Source of the DNA: the human T2T-CHM13v2.0 reference genome, Homo sapiens
Length of the DNA stretch: 64,000 nt
Reading direction: 5' to 3' (one strand)
Assembly: GCF_009914755.1 (NCBI RefSeq)
Contig: NC_060933.1
Position numbers and translations under genes: made by a program. The notes beneath the pieces are model-generated. The model saw only the letters and a list, made by a program, of their open reading frames with translations. It ran no database searches and had not been told where the DNA came from. The stretch's first letter is position 1. Every line of letters begins with the position of its first letter. Shown one piece after another: positions 57,568-64,000 of this stretch.

Positions 57568-58335
57568 CTGAAAATAGTTGGAAAAAAATAAGATTATATT
57601 CACTGAAACCATTTGCAAATACTTGACAGAGGAAAGTATTTTTGCACTTTAGTGCAAATTATCTTGAGAATTGAGAGGATTTTCCATCAACACATTTACC
57701 AAAAAAATCTGAAACACATTTTCACATCAAGGCCTTTTAAAATGAAGCATCTCGTTTCTCTTTGAAGGTTACACAAAGACAACCAGAGGGCTTTGCTCCT
57801 GGAAGGCGAATGACTTGGCATTTTAAGCAATTCCCACACCAAAGAAATCCACCAGCTAAAGAAATCTTTGTGCCCAACAAAAGTAGAAGTAGCTTCTCAG
57901 ACTTTCAGTCATGAAACAAGACACCATTAAGAGCTCAAATTCTAAAGAATAGGAACATAAATTTAGGAAATAACTATACAATATTCACTCTTCAAAGCTG
58001 TAAGTATGGGTAATAATCCACTAAATCAATACTAATTTTATATAACGTTTCAAAATTTTAGAAAGTGTTTAAGCAAAATATGAGTTTTGCCTGAATTATA
58101 TATAACACTTACTAAATCTCCAAGTGCCACTAAAATGAAAGTGAAAACACTTAAATTTTGTAAAGCTTGCCTTAATTAAACTCTAAAAAGCTTGAGAAAC
58201 TGGTGCATATGAGAGTAGGCTGCCCAGGAGGAAGCACACGATGAATCAGAAAAGAACATCCTGAGATAAAGGCCACACGGAATGTCCTTTAAGAGGCAGA
58301 TGGTCCTTTGGTTTTTTTTTTTCTTTCCTCTTTAA

Positions 58336-60400
<2,065 letters not shown>

Positions 60401-62228
60401 CCCTAAAAATTATTTGTTTATATAAAGTGATGGGGAAATATTTATTCATCTCTGCTAAGAATTTGAATATAGAATTTTGCATAAAACCAAACAAAACAAA
60501 ACAAACTGCTGCTGCTTCATTGCTACTTCTGAAGCCCAGGCCGGGGCACTCGTGCTGCCACTGTTCTCATCCGCTCCCCTCGGCCACTCCCTTACGCACG
60601 GAGAAAACAAGACTCCTGTTGGCTTTTTTTTTTTAAATACAACACCTAATTCTCAAATAATTTGAGGCCACGGTTGGCCAAAAGTACAGACAACAATCAC
60701 ACTGCAAAATAATTAATCTGAGAAAAAAACAAGAGCTGATACACTGCCTGCTTAGGAAATCTGAATCCTGATTTCTCAAATTAAAACTATGACTGAAGTG
60801 TTTAAATGCCATTCAAAACAAGACACTACTGCTAAATCCTGTAGTCATTCTCAGGCTGCTGGAAAACATCTTTTTAAAAGTATTTATTTCTCTATAAAAT
60901 TAGTGTAAATTAAAGTGAACTAATATAATAATAATATTAAATAGCTAGTAATTTCTGTGGAACTTTAAAACCAAGAGAATGATAGAACTTGAGTGTATTA
61001 ACCACACCACGGAAGACTCCAGTTATTTGCACTGACAACACGGTATTTATCCTAACTGCAGGTTATGCACTGATGAAATCGGGGTTGGGGGAGAACTCCA
61101 CTGAGCTATCATGAGTGACAGCACACACCACCTGACAGGCACCAGAGGGTGACGTGTTGCCTCTGTCACAGGGAACCCGGGCACTCGCGGCCTTCTGCCT
61201 TCCAACCCAGGCCAAGCATGGCTTTGCAGAGCAGTGTGCAGCAGATGTATTTTCTTCCTTCCCATCTGCCCTGACAAAATCCTCCATCCTACCTACCTCT
61301 TGCCTATATTCCAGTTCACCTTCTTCTCTGCAGCATCCTTGGAGCCTCGGTACTCTGAGATTTCAGATATAGTGAAATCTGCAACCCAAGGAACACGGCA
61401 AAGCCAAAAACTAAAAAGCCAGGTCTCGAACATAAATGTCCAATTCCAAGAAAAAAATCCATCAGGGCAACTATGCACTATGTATACTGGCTGTCCACTC
61501 CGGACACCACAAGAGCGTGCACAAAGGTGACCCTGAGGCCCTGCAGCCTCCAGAGAAGGCTTTCCCACTATCTCTGAGTCTGACTCAGAAGCCTGAAGTG
61601 TTGTTATGGCCTAATTCTCCAGGCATGCTGCATAACAGGAGCTTTTCACTGGAAACAACTTAGCAGACGATGCCACACCACCTGCGTCCACTGCCAGCAG
61701 AGGTGGGTGGTGATGACAGAGGATGGTGGAGCTCAGGAGTCACCACCTTACAAATAAAACCCTTTTGAGAGAAAGACATGGGGGTGCTACAAAGATGATA
61801 CTGATTAACACCACTGTAACTGTCACAAGCTTTTTGCTTCTCAAAATTCCAAATAATTAGTCAGGCTGAACTGAATACTCTGCTTGGGTCTAGAAATACA
61901 ATGGCAAACGTCATTACCAATAACAACAGAAGGTATAGTTTACATGGAATACTGAAAAGAAGAGAGCCTGATAGAGACCATGTTTAAACTTACCCTGGGA
62001 ATGATCATTCAACCACAAAGTGCCTAAGCATTATTTGCAACTGCTCCACCCATTCAGAACATCTTTGCCACTTGGAACAGTTTGAGAAGAATAACTCTAT
62101 GTAGTGCATGATGCTCTTGAGTCAGAATATGTGGCAATCGTAGTTGACTAAGAGAAGTAAAGAAGAAAACACCCAAAAGGTTAATCTATCTCAGAAATAC
62201 AGCAGGTCTGAATGCGCGACAATAAGCT

Positions 62229-62234
62229 TTTATT
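62229..62234 (-). terminator. Candidate intronic poly(A) signal for the hydrophobic-tail CDC14B exon
   Basis: tttatt on + (AATAAA on -), about 1.2 kb downstream of the stop at 63456. A U/GU-rich tract (gtgttttcttctttac on -) lies further downstream. Confidence 0.4.
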
Positions 62235-63455
62235 TGTAAGATATTCAAGAAAATGCCATAAATAGGAGCAAGTTAAGCAGGTTTTGCCTAATTCTGAAGA
62301 GTGAAATCAGCTTGATTTTTAAATCTTTCTCAGCTATGTGAAAATACTCAGTGAAACCACAAAGTACCAGAGTTGGTTGCAATGGAATTTTTCTTTGGAA
62401 GAGATCTTGCAAGGAACTTTTGCATTCTTTCATAACTTCCAAGTCCAAGAGGAGACAAGAGAAGAAATTCTTAAAATATGAGTTAAGGAAAAAGCTTCAG
62501 AGAAGGAAGAACGCAGCTCAGACACAGAAGGGTGGCGGTGGACCCCGTGACACGGACACACCCGCCTTCTGGGGGTCTTCAACATGCTGTTCCACAAGTG
62601 GGCCTCTTGTACATTCTTCTGCAGAAATAAAGCCTCTTCGCTGTTAAGGTCTTCATTTCAAAGATGAAAGATCTCAAGAGAATACAGATTTGCTGCTATT
62701 AGCCTATTAAAGGCATTCTGGCTATGTCTGGGCAAGGAGAAAAGCAGGAACAATGACCATCATATGGAAATGCACCAATTTAAACAGGCGACCTCAGCTC
62801 CGACCTCCTACTTTCATTTAGCATCAAGTGCTACACACTGTACTTACTGTATTCCCTAAAGGGGAGGAGGAAAATGAGACAGAGCAGGAAATTCTGCACA
62901 CTAAAGAGAGAAGACTTATGAGAGAGCTGCTGTACAATGGCAGATTTCGAGGCTACAAAATCACATATTTAATGAAAGTAGATCAGTGGGAAAAATGCTT
63001 CTTTGCTAGACTGGGAAGGACATACTCAAGATACAGAAAACTAGAGGGAAATTGTATAGCCAACTGACGAAAATAAAACCACCCCAATTATCCTAAGCTA
63101 ACTACTTTTGATAGGGAAGAAAAACTGTTTCAGTGAAGAAAAACTGTTTCAGTGTCTTTATCAACTGCTATTTTGAAATATGTTAAGGATAAGCATAACT
63201 TTAAAACAACGTATGTTACTTTCAATATCCTTTCTATGAGAGGAACAGTGAAGCCCACCTTCCCTCCCCACCACCATCCCATTAATTGAAAAGATTCAGA
63301 AAAAGAACCTTTGAAAATAGGCAAACCAACAAAGCTAGGAGCTGACAAGGAGAAAAACATGCATTGTGGGAACCACACTAGGCACCAGAAGTAAGCAACG
63401 GCAGAGAAACAGAACGGGACACTTACAGCAGCTATCTGTCAGGGGGTCCTGATGG

Positions 63456-63570
63456 CTACTGTGTTCTGAAACCATCGAGACAGAATAGCAGGATGGGAAG
63501 AATGTAGTCACAAACAATCCACCAGATGACAACACTACACAGTGCAGAGGTCAGCACAGCTAGGGGACAT
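63456..63570 (-). CDS. CDC14B: CDC14B alternative C-terminal exon encoding a hydrophobic tail (CPLAVLTSALCSVVIWWIVCDYILPILLFCLDGFRTQ*)
   Basis: Minus-strand acceptor ttctttccccttcacccctttccag|A, phase 2. Encodes 37 aa then TAG. Matches my recollection of the CDC14B splice form related to mouse Cdc14b and the CDC14C retrogene. Confidence 0.85.
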
Positions 63571-64000
63571 CTGGAAAGGGGTGAAGGGGAAAGAACAGAT
63601 GTTCAAATTGGGAAGCCAAAATAAATTACGCAATCATCAATCAATCAAGCCATATGTGAATTTTAGACACCCTAAAAGCCCAGCCAACAGCAACAGGGAT
63701 ACAAAGGGGTGGTCAACAAGGATGGAGTTTTGCCATTTTATGTTGAATAAAAAAATGCTGTGTTTAAACAGGTTTCATACTTTGGGACTCAGTCACTAGT
63801 GAGATAACTACCCCATGTTAATTTAACTTTATGATACTGAAATCAGTCACAGATAAATGATTGAGGTTCTTCAAAAAGCAGAAGATGTGCACACACAGAA
63901 AACTAAAGCAAACCACAAGGGGCAAAGGAGGCAAAACCAGATAACCAAAAACAAACAAACAAAAAAACACAAAACCCCAGACTAGTTAACAAAATCACAG

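Overview
Alu-rich primate, almost certainly human, genomic DNA holding two convergent genes (I recognise the pair as the HABP4/CDC14B locus on 9q22). On the + strand are coding exons 2-8 and the 3'UTR of HABP4 (Ki-1/57, a SERBP1 paralogue with RGG boxes). All splice sites are GT-AG, the exon phases join into one frame ending DFPALS*, and exon 1 lies upstream of the window. On the - strand is the 3' end of CDC14B, with several phase-compatible alternative C-terminal exons: a hydrophobic tail exon (63456-63570), a 117-nt cassette (57451-57567), the LSISRTKTVLR* exon with a ~3.6 kb 3'UTR, the DGWLSQ...IHKD* exon (44065-44137), and a candidate distal exon (40823-41030) whose UTR could overlap the HABP4 3'UTR. 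The rest is about 50 Alus, old L1/L2/MIR/MLT1 fragments and an intragenic CpG island (~44.2-45.4 kb). Most ORF-track entries are Alu or GC-content artefacts. I see no evidence of a new gene system. The most notable observations are the C-terminal exon switching, the possible tail-to-tail overlap, a ~130-bp locally templated insertion inside an Alu, and inverted Alus around HABP4 cassette exons. Gene identities and exon numbers come from recalled sequences, not a database search, and repeat boundaries are approximate.
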